Origin: a virus
Direction: 5' to 3' (one strand)
Length of the DNA stretch: 64,000 nucleotides
IMG/VR virus record: IMGVR_UViG_3300023199_000127
Span: 116,793 to 180,792 of that record
In this document: positions 19,172-29,364 of the stretch, piece by piece
Position numbering within the stretch: the stretch's first letter is position 1
Layout: each line of letters opens with the position of its first letter
Notes under the pieces: model-generated
Seen by the model: only the letters and a program-made list of their open reading frames with translations
The model's database searches: none
What the model was told of the DNA's origin: nothing
Position numbers and translations under genes: made by a program

Positions 19172-20197
19172 TTACACCAAATTGGGTGTACCACGGGGAG
19201 TGGTAAAGAGACCATCCTCCGCGTACCTAACAATTGCCTCGAAGTCACTCTCCCACGCCGTATATTCTGAGCAGCTTTGGCCGCCACGACGCAGAATGTA
19301 ACTCGGGTGATAGGTGAAGTACACCTTCGGGAATCCCTTGGGTACTCGACGCCGGCTCATGTCCTGCCAACCAAGCTTTGCACCTACTCGAACACGATCA
19401 AGATCCAGGGTGCCATCCTCGATGGCGCTCTTCTCAAAGAACTGTACCCACGCCTCCTTGCCCAGAAGAACAATCACCTTGAGTGTCTTCTGGCCTACGA
19501 GGATCTTGAGCTGCTCACCAAACCTATCACGACACGCCGCCAGCTCCGAGAGCTGCGGCGGGCACACACGGCCAGTCATGGGATCTATAGGACGACAACA
19601 GACAGCGTTCATCAAGTAGCTATCTGTCACTCTATTGATCCCAACCTCATTCAAGATCTTGGTCAGCTCCTCACCAGCAGGGCCTACAAAGGGCCTGCCA
19701 TTCTGGTCCTCATGAAAAGCAGGAGCTTGTCCTACGAAGACATACGTTGGATCAATGGGATTACCCGATCCAAGAACGACCTGGGTTCTATTCTGGGAGA
19801 GTGGACACAGTTGGCATCCACGATACCTTTCCCAAAGGTCAGCCATAGGTCCAATGATGCCAGTTTGTGCTGCACCATAAATGCTCTCTTCAGAAGGACC
19901 AGCATTCATATCAGTACCAGGACCGGATTCATTACTATCTGAAGGCACACTAGTGACTTCAAAAGAACTCGTCACAAAAGTACCGGGAACTCGAATGTCA
20001 TCAGGCCCAAGCATCTCAGTGCCCTGATAAGGATGAAGCACATCAGTCGGCTCGGGCGAGATTTCAACTTCATTCAGAGGAATCATCTCTCTGCGCACCT
20101 CTCCAGTTTCCTTTTGAATAGACTCATCCGCCGCACCATCTCGAAGATAGCGAGCAGATTGGTCTTCCAGGATACGCTCGTACTTATTGTTGCTCAT
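19172..20197 (-). CDS. Uracil-DNA glycosylase, family 4/5-like, [4Fe-4S], with N-terminal extension
   Basis: GCQLCPLSQNR; VFVGQAPAFHEDQNGRPFVGPAG; MNAVCCRP; TYHPSYILR. Confidence 0.85.
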   Translation of the reverse strand: MSNNKYERILEDQSARYLRDGAADESIQKETGEVRREMIPLNEVEISPEPTDVLHPYQGTEMLGPDDIRVPGTFVTSSFEVTSVPSDSNESGPGTDMNAGPSEESIYGAAQTGIIGPMADLWERYRGCQLCPLSQNRTQVVLGSGNPIDPTYVFVGQAPAFHEDQNGRPFVGPAGEELTKILNEVGINRVTDSYLMNAVCCRPIDPMTGRVCPPQLSELAACRDRFGEQLKILVGQKTLKVIVLLGKEAWVQFFEKSAIEDGTLDLDRVRVGAKLGWQDMSRRRVPKGFPKVYFTYHPSYILRRGGQSCSEYTAWESDFEAIVRYAEDGLFTTPRGTPNLV

Positions 20198-20490
20198 GAT
20201 TCAAGGAGGGATAGATCTTTGTACAAGTAAGGCATATAGTTGTCCCAATCAGGTTTCCTAATGTCCTTACGATGAACAAAATTTCCAGACTTATGCGTTG
20301 TTGGGAGGCTACAAGGAGGGTACGATCCGTAGATTCTAATCTGACGAAATGCCATGCTGTTTGTACTCAAAAACAGAACACCAAATTGTCGTATGACTAT
20401 ACGCACACCCTTATTGGGAGTCCAATTAGGTAAACGCATACCCATCTCGTAACAGAGAACCTGAGGATGTTCGCTACAACGTAGAGCCAT
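20194..20490 (-). CDS. Hypothetical protein
   Basis: 98 aa, coupled on both sides. Confidence 0.5.
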   Translation of the reverse strand: MALRCSEHPQVLCYEMGMRLPNWTPNKGVRIVIRQFGVLFLSTNSMAFRQIRIYGSYPPCSLPTTHKSGNFVHRKDIRKPDWDNYMPYLYKDLSLLES

Positions 20491-21842
20491 CAGTCGATCA
20501 GTTCCAACTCCTTCAGGGAACCTAGAGCAACACGTGCGCTAGCTTCCCAGCTGTACTTACTGCGCACCCACGATGCGCCACGCTCACCGATACTACGGAA
20601 CTCACCAGGTGCCATGTCCTGAAGCGTCTCCATCTTATCGATCAGGTGAGACACCGAAGGCTGGAACCAGTTACCCTGGTCACCGTGGAAGAAGATGCGA
20701 TCATGCGCAATCTGATCCACGCCTTCGGTCAGGGGCACAAAGATTTCCTCGTTCGGCTCGATGATGGGATTGGAGGTCCCTTCCTCAAGCGGCAGCTCTC
20801 CATTGGGACCACGCTTACAAAGGAACTCCGTGGCTCCAGAGTAGAACGTGGCGATGGTCGGCAGACCACTCGCCATGGCCTCGATGGTGGGCAGACCCCA
20901 ACCCTCGGCATAGAACGGGAAACAAGCAGCATCGCCGGCGCGATAGACGCAGGCGATGTCACGCTTGGACTGCAACCAGGTTGCAATCAGATCGACAACA
21001 TAATTGTCGTTGGCACCGTGCGAGAAACGCACCATGCCCTTTTCCTTGTCGACCGTTGCACTCTTCGTATCGAAGCCAGCGTTCTGCAGGGCCATCGAGA
21101 TAGCCTTCTGCCAGTTACCCTGGGGACGATCGATAAACGGGTTGTAACAGGAGAGCAGGAGACGAACACGATTCGTGTTGTCCTTGTTCTTCTGCGCCAG
21201 CTCGCTGAAAGCAGACAGAAGCAGGTCGGTACCCTTACGCTTCTCGTACTTGCCAACATTCACCCACGTGAAGTCAAAACTGCTGTCCTTCAGCGGACCG
21301 AAGGCCGTAGCATCCAGTCGTGACTCCATCGGGATCGGAGAGTAAACACTAGCGTCCACTCCCTCAGGCCAAAGCAGAATGGGCGGACGATTCAGGTCTT
21401 TGAAAGGACCCTCATAGGCATCAAACATGCGTTCCAGTGCTGCCTTGTGCCACATGGAGACAACAGCCACAGCATCAAGCTGCATGAGCTGGTTCAGCTC
21501 CTCAGTACGAAGCTCGGTACCCTCCCACGTGGTGTAACCAATGCGAAACTTGCCAGCAAATTCAGCAAGCTGATGAGGATGCCAAAGCATGATGCTGACA
21601 TCAGCATCATGACGCATGGTAGCCTGAGCTTCACAAGCCTGACCAAACAGGTTGTCTGCTCCAGTGGGCTGATAGTTCTGCGCGAACTCCTCCCGTGAAA
21701 TAGAGCCGCCCCGAGGGACAACTACACTTTCGACGCCCCGCTGCACAAGCTGCGGGACAAGGGCACGAGCCCAATGGAAGAAGTGGGTACCATAGCCAGT
21801 GCTATTGACCGGACCGAAAAGATTGACGTGCTTTTGACTCAT
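20490..21842 (-). CDS. GT-B fold glycosyltransferase, family 4-like
   Basis: IGYTTWEG; VNVGKYEKRKGTDLLL; FPFYAEGWGLPTIEAMASGLPTI; start at MSQKH (ATGA overlap). Confidence 0.9.
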   Translation of the reverse strand: MSQKHVNLFGPVNSTGYGTHFFHWARALVPQLVQRGVESVVVPRGGSISREEFAQNYQPTGADNLFGQACEAQATMRHDADVSIMLWHPHQLAEFAGKFRIGYTTWEGTELRTEELNQLMQLDAVAVVSMWHKAALERMFDAYEGPFKDLNRPPILLWPEGVDASVYSPIPMESRLDATAFGPLKDSSFDFTWVNVGKYEKRKGTDLLLSAFSELAQKNKDNTNRVRLLLSCYNPFIDRPQGNWQKAISMALQNAGFDTKSATVDKEKGMVRFSHGANDNYVVDLIATWLQSKRDIACVYRAGDAACFPFYAEGWGLPTIEAMASGLPTIATFYSGATEFLCKRGPNGELPLEEGTSNPIIEPNEEIFVPLTEGVDQIAHDRIFFHGDQGNWFQPSVSHLIDKMETLQDMAPGEFRSIGERGASWVRSKYSWEASARVALGSLKELELID

Positions 21843-22258
21843 TGCGTTCCGTAACCAAATTCGAAAGTAGGTCCTCCTGCACACAGGATTTCCAGGTAAC
21901 TAATCTTCATGGGGCGTCCTATGCCCTTGTCTTTGAGCTTGTCGACCATCTCTTGGCCGGCTACGTGGTTAAGTGTATGAACTATCACAAAAGTATGCTC
22001 ACTCACTTTAGTGTGGCCATCGACTATCTGTCGCACTACCTCCATCCCACAGTCTTCGCGTTTCGACGTTACATAAACCTCGCCACCTAGATCGTGGTCC
22101 AGGAAAACAACGTTGAATTTTTTCTCCTGCAGCTCAGCAATAGCTTGCTGAGCAGTCTCCACAAATACCCCACGATGACCTGCACACCACTCTCTAAACA
22201 TAGAGAGACGACGATGATCATCATCAAGGACGAGAATGTCTAGTTTGTATTCCGCCAT
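21839..22258 (-). CDS. Stand-alone receiver-fold protein, cyclic-phosphate-processing (cREC) type
   Basis: ILVLDDD..VVFLDHDLGG..GMEVV..IVHTLNHVAGQEM signature. Confidence 0.75.
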   Translation of the reverse strand: MAEYKLDILVLDDDHRRLSMFREWCAGHRGVFVETAQQAIAELQEKKFNVVFLDHDLGGEVYVTSKREDCGMEVVRQIVDGHTKVSEHTFVIVHTLNHVAGQEMVDKLKDKGIGRPMKISYLEILCAGGPTFEFGYGTQ

Positions 22259-22262
22259 GTAG

Positions 22263-22412
22263 TTACCACAAAATGGTGATGGAAACAGCTCGGTTCATAT
22301 GTACTAGAAGAAAAGGATCCTTCAGAGTACCTGCTACCCACATCTCATAGACCCAACGCTCGACGCGGAAAATTTCTCCATTACCGCATCTAATCTCGGC
22401 GTAGTTACTCAT
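22263..22412 (-). CDS. Small hypothetical protein (49 aa)
   Basis: Hand translation MSNYAEIRCGNG..SITILW; ATGA overlap with upstream gene; not in ORF track. Confidence 0.5.
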   Translation of the reverse strand: MSNYAEIRCGNGEIFRVERWVYEMWVAGTLKDPFLLVHMNRAVSITILW

Positions 22413-22990
22413 CACATATACCAGTTCTTATTGTCTCGACGAGCTAGTCCAGGGCACTCGCTCATGGGTTTACAGTTCACTTCCTTCAAGTAGAATGCAC
22501 CGCGCTGTAGTGTCTTCACAATCTCTTCACGAGTGCACCAGCCCACGATGTCCACATCGGGGATATCAAGGGCTGCAAGCACAAAGATCTTTCCCTTGCT
22601 ACGATTGAAGATGCCAGAGGAAACTCTACCGCTAAGCGTGTGACCATAGGAGTAATCTTCTCGAGCTGCACACGTGACAACGTGGAACACGTTGTCATTG
22701 ATCTTCATAAGCTCGTAATCAGGCCACCCACTAGCCCGAGCCTTCTGTTCAATCGGGCACCATGCTTCGTATCCTGCCAGGTCTGTCGCATGATAGTAGT
22801 AGGTGAAAGCACGTGCACACAAGTACCAGGTTTGAAACCACTTTACCAGCTCAGGCTTCTTGGTTTTCGCAGCATAGTGAGCACCAATGTTCTCCGCATC
22901 CTGTAGAAAGGTCTGCGGTAGCGGGAAACGGATCACCGGATCTCGATACACTCGGATGTACATTGAGGGTTTGCTATTCTCCAAAACCAA
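22412..22990 (-). CDS. Hypothetical protein, possibly restriction-endonuclease-like fold
   Basis: PDYEL..IFVLAALD..VDIVGW pattern; weak. Confidence 0.5.
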   Translation of the reverse strand: MVLENSKPSMYIRVYRDPVIRFPLPQTFLQDAENIGAHYAAKTKKPELVKWFQTWYLCARAFTYYYHATDLAGYEAWCPIEQKARASGWPDYELMKINDNVFHVVTCAAREDYSYGHTLSGRVSSGIFNRSKGKIFVLAALDIPDVDIVGWCTREEIVKTLQRGAFYLKEVNCKPMSECPGLARRDNKNWYM

Positions 22991-23028
22991 AAATCGACTG
23001 CCTATTTTTTTCAGGAATTTTAGGCCTA

Positions 23029-25368
23029 TTAGCGTTTCGTCCTATGAGATTTACGCTTATACGTAGCCCGATGCTGTCTCCCTACCTTGGAATCGCCATG
23101 GAACTTGTCCCTGATACCATGCAGGGCAAAGTCATGTCCATCCTTAGGCTTCAAGGAGGATTGCTCAGTGAGACAGATAGCAGAGCAGGCTGAGTCATTC
23201 AGCTCAGCCTGCATGGCCTCACTAAGAGCAACGCGGAACTTATACATCTGACCCATCCTCGGGTCGTCCTGACCACTCAGGTTAATGTCAGTCTGAATTG
23301 TCAGTCTGCGATCACGTGCTGCGATCACAGTCACACGCTTCAGCATCTTCTGCATTGCTGCTTTGGTAGCCGGCCTGATGTTCTTGTTCGTGATCGCTCT
23401 GTTGTAGCAATCAGTAAAGAGCTTGTGTACCATCTGCTTGTTGGCATACCGAGTGTTGAACTCAGCATTGATAGCCCGAGCAACCTCCATGTCCTTGGCG
23501 ATACGTTCCCGTGCTTCCTGAATGATCTGAGGATCACGCAGATCCATAAAGGGAATCCATCGCCAGGTACGAGCTGTCTTTACTCTCTCATGGGGGTTGT
23601 TCGGGTTTTTCTTCTTGAGTCTCAGCTCTCTCTTGCCAGCGATCTTGTGCCAATAGAAGGCCCAAGCCAGCTTGTTCCATAGAACAAGCGGGAACTCATT
23701 GGCAGGCACACAGAAGCTGTAGCTCTGGGAGAAGGTGTGCTGGTCGAACCGTGTCTCCTCCTCGCCAGTGAAGGGATCATTCTGCTTTATCCAGCAACTC
23801 GCACAGTACTCATTCAGCCGGCGAATGCAGTCAAGCCTATCCTGATCCAAGGGGACGCCAATATTCCCCTGCCAGAGCGTAGAGAAGATGAGTACACCCT
23901 GTACATCCACCAGCTTAGCTTCGTGCAGTCCTCCTGCCTGAATCTCAGCCAGTTGATCCAGCGTTTCCTGTGCTCTGCGGCGACGTTTCTTACGTTTCTT
24001 CTTCTCTTTCTTCTCGGACTTATAGTCCTCCGCTTCCTCGTCAGTACGAATGTCCATAGCCCATTCATGAGCCAACGTGGCATAATTCGTCACATTGTCA
24101 GTAATGTTGACGAGGTGGAAGGATCCTTTAATCTCCTTCTGGACTACGAGAGAGTCTTCCTCTTCACGGACGACTCGTAGTGTGGTTTCTCGACCATCCT
24201 TGAGGACAAGAGCTCCGCGTTCGCCAACGGCGGGAGCGGAGCTGATCAGGTCCTTAGGGACAGGCTTGAATTTCGAGAGCACACGAGCGCCACGTCCTAC
24301 CATCTGCATCCACAGGCTGCGAGAGATAGTGGGACGGGCCAACATGATAGTGTTCAGACTCTTACAGTCGAAGCCTTCGGTATAGATCATGCAATTGATC
24401 AACACCTTGGACTCTGTGTGAGGACCACTATCCAGCCATTTGATGATGCGTTTGCGCTCTGCTTTATCAGAAGACCCGGAGATCATACGAACATCCAGGT
24501 TAGGGTCCCGCTTCTTGAATGCCTGGACCAGGTCGCGAGCGTGTTGCACATCACAGGCGAAGACCAGTGCTTTACCATACTGGTCCTTCTTGCTGAGATA
24601 CTCGTCTGCAATCGCTAGGTTGCGTCGCGGTGTATTCAACCTAGTCAGTGCCTTGGCAGTGTAGTCGCCACCACGAACATCAAGCTTGCCGATGTTCTCG
24701 CTCGTCCTCATCTCATAGTAGATGGGACGAGCGAGATATCCCTGCCGAACAAGATCGATGAAGCCAATCTGATAGAGGATGTTGCCATCATATGCTAGAG
24801 GCCTCTCATCAAGACGCTCTGGCGTTGCTGTCAGGCCAAGGTTGCGATGGATCAATCCCATCTTCTCAATCTTGCCAACCGTACGAATGTATTCGTTCGT
24901 ATACTTGGCCTCATCCTGATGAGGCATAGCAAAATGATGGCATTCATCGATGACTACAAGCCACGTTCTGCCTGTTGCCTTATGCAGTGCCTTGAGCTGA
25001 GTTGGCAGTTTCTTGCAGGACATGATCATGCCCAGCACAACATCGCCCGTGGCATCCTTGGCTTCACTAATAGCCTCCGACTTATCCGCCAAACGAATCT
25101 TGTCGGCGCACCACGTGGTGAGTCGTTTGCCAGGAGCCACAGTGCGGAATGCTTCTGCGGCTTGCTTGATTAGCTCCTCACGATGTGCAATCCAGAGGAT
25201 ACCAACGTTCATCTTCTTCTGGATTCCAGAGCACAAGAAGCTAGCTGTGAAGGTCTTACCTCCACCAGTAGGGAGAACGACGACGCCCTTAGACAGGCCC
25301 TGCTTGTAGAAGCCATGCACTACAGCTTGTATAGCCTTTGTCTGATAGGGGCGTAGCTTAATCGTCAT
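23029..25368 (-). CDS. SF2 helicase (UvsW/ResIII-like) with C-terminal extension
   Basis: LRPYQ; LPTGGGKT; VVIDECHH; GLTATPERLD; EGFDCKS; QMVGRGAR. Confidence 0.9.
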   Translation of the reverse strand: MTIKLRPYQTKAIQAVVHGFYKQGLSKGVVVLPTGGGKTFTASFLCSGIQKKMNVGILWIAHREELIKQAAEAFRTVAPGKRLTTWCADKIRLADKSEAISEAKDATGDVVLGMIMSCKKLPTQLKALHKATGRTWLVVIDECHHFAMPHQDEAKYTNEYIRTVGKIEKMGLIHRNLGLTATPERLDERPLAYDGNILYQIGFIDLVRQGYLARPIYYEMRTSENIGKLDVRGGDYTAKALTRLNTPRRNLAIADEYLSKKDQYGKALVFACDVQHARDLVQAFKKRDPNLDVRMISGSSDKAERKRIIKWLDSGPHTESKVLINCMIYTEGFDCKSLNTIMLARPTISRSLWMQMVGRGARVLSKFKPVPKDLISSAPAVGERGALVLKDGRETTLRVVREEEDSLVVQKEIKGSFHLVNITDNVTNYATLAHEWAMDIRTDEEAEDYKSEKKEKKKRKKRRRRAQETLDQLAEIQAGGLHEAKLVDVQGVLIFSTLWQGNIGVPLDQDRLDCIRRLNEYCASCWIKQNDPFTGEEETRFDQHTFSQSYSFCVPANEFPLVLWNKLAWAFYWHKIAGKRELRLKKKNPNNPHERVKTARTWRWIPFMDLRDPQIIQEARERIAKDMEVARAINAEFNTRYANKQMVHKLFTDCYNRAITNKNIRPATKAAMQKMLKRVTVIAARDRRLTIQTDINLSGQDDPRMGQMYKFRVALSEAMQAELNDSACSAICLTEQSSLKPKDGHDFALHGIRDKFHGDSKVGRQHRATYKRKSHRTKR

Positions 25369-28300
25369 TCTCTTACCTCGCATCCGATCTTGGTAAGCTC
25401 GTTGCGTATCCTCTTGGTGTTCTGCACCATGCCAATACGCATGGTGATGTAGTGTCTATTCTTGCTGGGCAAAGTTACGAAGAGCGGTACCCGGCCAGGG
25501 TATCGCTTGGATAGGTCAGTCACTTGGCGTGCCATGTCCCAATCCCAAGCGATCACACGTATGCGATGTGTCTCTACATTCTGCCCGGGTTCAACATCTT
25601 CGCGATAACACCCAGCCAGAAGCTCGATCTCCATTGCCTCACGATCTGCCGCTCGCATCTCTCCAGCATCGGTAACGTCTACAGTATCACTAACATCGAA
25701 CAAAGGTACCGTCTTCACCTGCTTCTTTGCTTGCTGCTTATGCGCCTTGTACAGGTCCTTGAGAGCAGTAAGTAGGCCAAGACGAGAACCCCAGTCATCA
25801 CAACACCCAGACTGGATGAGCTTCTCCACATCTACTTGACGTAGGGTGGAGTGGACACGCTTGACTAGGTCAGGCAGATCCTTGAAGGGTCCGCCTGCAT
25901 TGCGGATCTCAACAAGCTTATCTGTAGCTGACTTAAGGCCTGCAATAGAGCGCAGGCCAAAGCGTACATTCTCACCCTCAGGAAGTGCGCCGGCACCACT
26001 CTTATTGATATCCGGAGCTAGTACGAGGATGCTCTGCGTCATGCAGTCACGTACATACTTCTTGACTTGCTTGGAATCCTCGCCATCTACCGTGAGTAGA
26101 GCAGCCATGTACTCCACCGGGTAGTAAGCCTTCAGATAAGCAGTCTGGTATGTCAGCTTGCCATAGCCTGCACTATGTGACTTGTTGAATCCATAGCGAC
26201 CAAAGGTTTCGATCTGATTCCACACCGCATGGGCTAGGTCTTCCGGATGTCCTTGTTCTAGAGCAGCGGGGATGAACTTCTCCTTCTCCTCTGCTACAAG
26301 CTCCGGCTTCTTCTTGGCTGTAGCCTTGCGAATCTTATCAGCCTGTCCATAGGTGTAACCACAGAAGGTCTGAGCAACTGATGTGAGCTGCTCCTGATAC
26401 ACCATGATTCCATAGGTCCAATTGAGAATGGGTTCGAAGCTTTCGTGCGGGTAAGTGATCGGAACACGTCCAAACTTACGCTCGATATACTCCGCCTCCA
26501 TCGTCAGCCCAGTCTCTGGGCTGACGTAGTCCATCGGACCAGGTCGATGGAGCGCAAGGATAGCATAGAGATCCTCGAAGTTGCGAGGAGCTAGTCGTAG
26601 GCATATCCTGCGCATCCCATCAGACTCGATCTGGAAGACGCCTAGCGTTCTTCCAGAACAAACCAGATCATAGATCTTCGGATCATCATAAGACTCGTCC
26701 TTCTCGGCGGGAAATTCATGATGATGTCCCTGGTTGAGCGCGATGTACTCAGTACATAGTCTGATGACATCCAGATAATCGATGACCAGGAAGTCATACT
26801 TCAACAGTCCTATGTCTTCCAGGTCATCCATTGAAACTTGCGTGAATCGCGGTGCATCCCAGTCCTGAGCCTTGCGTTCACGACTACCGACCATCGTTGG
26901 CACATAATCCTGGATGTTCTTGTCGGCAATCACAATGCCAGCAGCGTGACCAGAGATAGCACTTTTGGTCTTGTCAATCGCCTCACAAATATCAAGGAGT
27001 GCATTGCGTTCGTCCGGGTTCACCGAGACGAACGCCTTGAGGTCTTCGTTTTCCTCCCGCAACTCAGTCAGGTCGACTCGAAAGTCTCCCTGATCTTGCG
27101 GGAGCTTCTTGGTGAGCTCATTCAGCTCACCAGACTCGATGCCAAAGACCTCACCAGCCTTCTTGATAGCTGACCTGGTCTTAATGCTCTGGAATGTAGC
27201 AATCGCCGCCACATTGTCACGACCATACTTCTGGCGTACGTAGTCGATGACTTCGTGCCGGCGACTAGGTTCAAAGTCGATGTCCAAGTCAGGCATCGAT
27301 ACTCGCTCCGGGTTCATAAACCTCTCAAAGAGCAGGTTATGTCTGATGGGACAAAGATCTGTGATACCAAGGCAGTAGACCACAATGGATCCACCGCCGG
27401 AACCACGACCAGGTCCTACCAGAATGCCACGTTGGCGAGCCCAGCTGCAAAAGTCAGCGACAACCAAGAAGTACTGCGCTACCCCAATCTTCTTAATGAT
27501 CTCCAACTCATAGCGCACTCGAGACTTGTGCTCCTCAGTAGCTTCGGGGTACCTAGTCTTGAAACCCTCAGCCACGAGCCTGCGAAGCAGAGCATCGTGG
27601 TCTGCATACTGTTTCAGATCGATCTCTGGAAAGCGGAACACACCAGTTTCGAACTCGAAGTCACACATGTCTGCGATGTACTTCGTGTTCGTCAGCAGGT
27701 CATCTCGCTCACCATTTGGTGTCCAGAGCTGCTGCATCTCCTCGAACCCCTTAAGGTACAAGGAAGAAAGACCAGACCGCATGCCGCCTTGTGCCTTGCC
27801 GGATTTTACATCACGAAAAGAGTTGATTTGCAAGAGCACATCGTGGGCGGCATGCTGACTGGCGTCCAAGAAGTGGGCGTCGTTCGTAGCAATCATGGGG
27901 ACCCCAATCGCCTTAGCGATGGTGGTCGCATTATCAATGAACGCCCGCTCCATTAGGACTGCTTCTTCGCCGTGGTGCACACACTCAGGGGACATGTGTG
28001 ACGTGTCCTCCATGGTATGATCCATGACCTCTACGAAGAAACGGTCCGGAAAGATCTCTGCTAGTTTGCCACCAATCTCGATGGCTTTCTGGACATCGAC
28101 ATCCCACTTGACCTGCTCGTAGTTACGCCCCACTCGTCTCTTAAACTCTGGGGCACAAATATGGCGGGCAAGTGGTCCATTAATGCAGGCGGAGCTACAG
28201 ATTACACCCTCGCTATACTGAGCGAGGAGATCCAAGTCCAGACGAGGCTTCCGATAAAAGTACGGCGGCGTCTGCGCAATGGATAGCATGCGAGAGATGT

Positions 28301-28610
28301 TCTCGTAGCCACGCTGATTCATGGCCAGGAGAACAAGATGATCTGTGGGATTCTCTGGTGTGATCTTCTCCTGTACGGTGTCGTGGGCCATATAGGCCTC
28401 GACACCGATGATGGGTTTGATCTCCTGCTTCTTGCACTCTCGAGCAAACTCGAGCACACCACACATCATGCCATGGTCTGTGATACCAAGAGCAGGCATA
28501 CCCAGCTCTTTGGCACGAGCGACCAGGTCTTTGATGTGGTTCAGCCCATCCAACAACGAATATGTCGTGTGATTGTGCAGGCTGACAAAATCAGCAGGAG
28601 TTAGTCCCAT
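25365..28610 (-). CDS. dnaE: DNA polymerase III alpha subunit (C-family), apparently lacking the OB domain
   Basis: PHP motifs LHNHTTYSLLDG, ITDHG, TNDAHF; GPGRGS; FERFMNPERVSMPDLDID; VFQIES; YGFNKSHS. Confidence 0.96.
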   Translation of the reverse strand: MGLTPADFVSLHNHTTYSLLDGLNHIKDLVARAKELGMPALGITDHGMMCGVLEFARECKKQEIKPIIGVEAYMAHDTVQEKITPENPTDHLVLLAMNQRGYENISRMLSIAQTPPYFYRKPRLDLDLLAQYSEGVICSSACINGPLARHICAPEFKRRVGRNYEQVKWDVDVQKAIEIGGKLAEIFPDRFFVEVMDHTMEDTSHMSPECVHHGEEAVLMERAFIDNATTIAKAIGVPMIATNDAHFLDASQHAAHDVLLQINSFRDVKSGKAQGGMRSGLSSLYLKGFEEMQQLWTPNGERDDLLTNTKYIADMCDFEFETGVFRFPEIDLKQYADHDALLRRLVAEGFKTRYPEATEEHKSRVRYELEIIKKIGVAQYFLVVADFCSWARQRGILVGPGRGSGGGSIVVYCLGITDLCPIRHNLLFERFMNPERVSMPDLDIDFEPSRRHEVIDYVRQKYGRDNVAAIATFQSIKTRSAIKKAGEVFGIESGELNELTKKLPQDQGDFRVDLTELREENEDLKAFVSVNPDERNALLDICEAIDKTKSAISGHAAGIVIADKNIQDYVPTMVGSRERKAQDWDAPRFTQVSMDDLEDIGLLKYDFLVIDYLDVIRLCTEYIALNQGHHHEFPAEKDESYDDPKIYDLVCSGRTLGVFQIESDGMRRICLRLAPRNFEDLYAILALHRPGPMDYVSPETGLTMEAEYIERKFGRVPITYPHESFEPILNWTYGIMVYQEQLTSVAQTFCGYTYGQADKIRKATAKKKPELVAEEKEKFIPAALEQGHPEDLAHAVWNQIETFGRYGFNKSHSAGYGKLTYQTAYLKAYYPVEYMAALLTVDGEDSKQVKKYVRDCMTQSILVLAPDINKSGAGALPEGENVRFGLRSIAGLKSATDKLVEIRNAGGPFKDLPDLVKRVHSTLRQVDVEKLIQSGCCDDWGSRLGLLTALKDLYKAHKQQAKKQVKTVPLFDVSDTVDVTDAGEMRAADREAMEIELLAGCYREDVEPGQNVETHRIRVIAWDWDMARQVTDLSKRYPGRVPLFVTLPSKNRHYITMRIGMVQNTKRIRNELTKIGCEVRE

Positions 28611-28616
28611 ATGTAA

Positions 28617-28817
28617 CTATTCTTCCACACCCAGCATCTCGGCAACGATCTTCTCCCACTGTACATAGTGTCTAATCTGGCCAAGATTCTTCATGATCTT
28701 CTCACGCCCAACGTTGGCATATCCACTCGTGGACAAACAGCAGATGATTGCACTGGTCTTGTTAATGGTAGTCTCAGGATACTGTTTCGACGTATTCATC
28801 TTGATGTCTACGGACAA
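28617..28817 (-). CDS. Small hypothetical protein
   Basis: 66 aa gap-filling ORF. Confidence 0.4.
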   Translation of the reverse strand: MSVDIKMNTSKQYPETTINKTSAIICCLSTSGYANVGREKIMKNLGQIRHYVQWEKIVAEMLGVEE

Positions 28818-29092
28818 ACCTCATCAGGCAGATTTCTAGCACGCTCTGCACGTTTCTGTAGATTGTGCAGCTTTTTCTTGTGGTCATCAATGAGATCTTC
28901 AAGTCCCATAAGATCCCACGTCGTCACAATCTCAGTCTGAGGCTTCTTCTTACGGCACCAGCGTACCTCGACTTTGGTCAGGTGAGCCAAGGTTCTTTTC
29001 TCTACGATGCTAATGATCTTGCCGAACGTATTTGCACGGTAGATCTTATAGACAATGTCCCCAATCTTCGGGTTATTTCTATCGAACTTCAT
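28808..29092 (-). CDS. Small SH3/KOW-like beta-barrel protein
   Basis: PKIGDIVY..GKIISI..KVEVRW. Confidence 0.55.
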   Translation of the reverse strand: MKFDRNNPKIGDIVYKIYRANTFGKIISIVEKRTLAHLTKVEVRWCRKKKPQTEIVTTWDLMGLEDLIDDHKKKLHNLQKRAERARNLPDEVCP

Positions 29093-29301
29093 TACAGATC
29101 AGATCCTCCCGAAAAACGTGGTGCAGTCCACGTGTCACCATTACGTGCCGATGTGTATTCTAGGTACCATCCGCATCTGGCTGCACAATACAGCAAATGC
29201 GGATGGCACGGGCCAATGACATCAGTAGGGCGGAAAGCCACACTACATCCGCATTTGGGGCAGCGCATTTCGTCGATTGGCGAGTCAATGCGTTCAGCCA
29301 T
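29092..29301 (-). CDS. Small zinc-ribbon protein (69 aa)
   Basis: CPKCG..CAARCGW; AGGAG upstream of ATG 29301. Confidence 0.55.
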   Translation of the reverse strand: MAERIDSPIDEMRCPKCGCSVAFRPTDVIGPCHPHLLYCAARCGWYLEYTSARNGDTWTAPRFSGGSDL

Positions 29302-29364
29302 GATGAAGTAGACTCCTATTAACAACACACGCAGTGTCGTAGCTCTTACAGGAAAGGACAGAGT

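Noticed and set aside
19172-20197. UdgX (covalent uracil-binding) assignment
   Set aside because: The KRRIH loop is absent
14896-28610. Inteins or introns in nrdJ, the helicase or dnaE
   Set aside because: Lengths are ordinary, with no intein or homing-endonuclease motifs and no frame breaks
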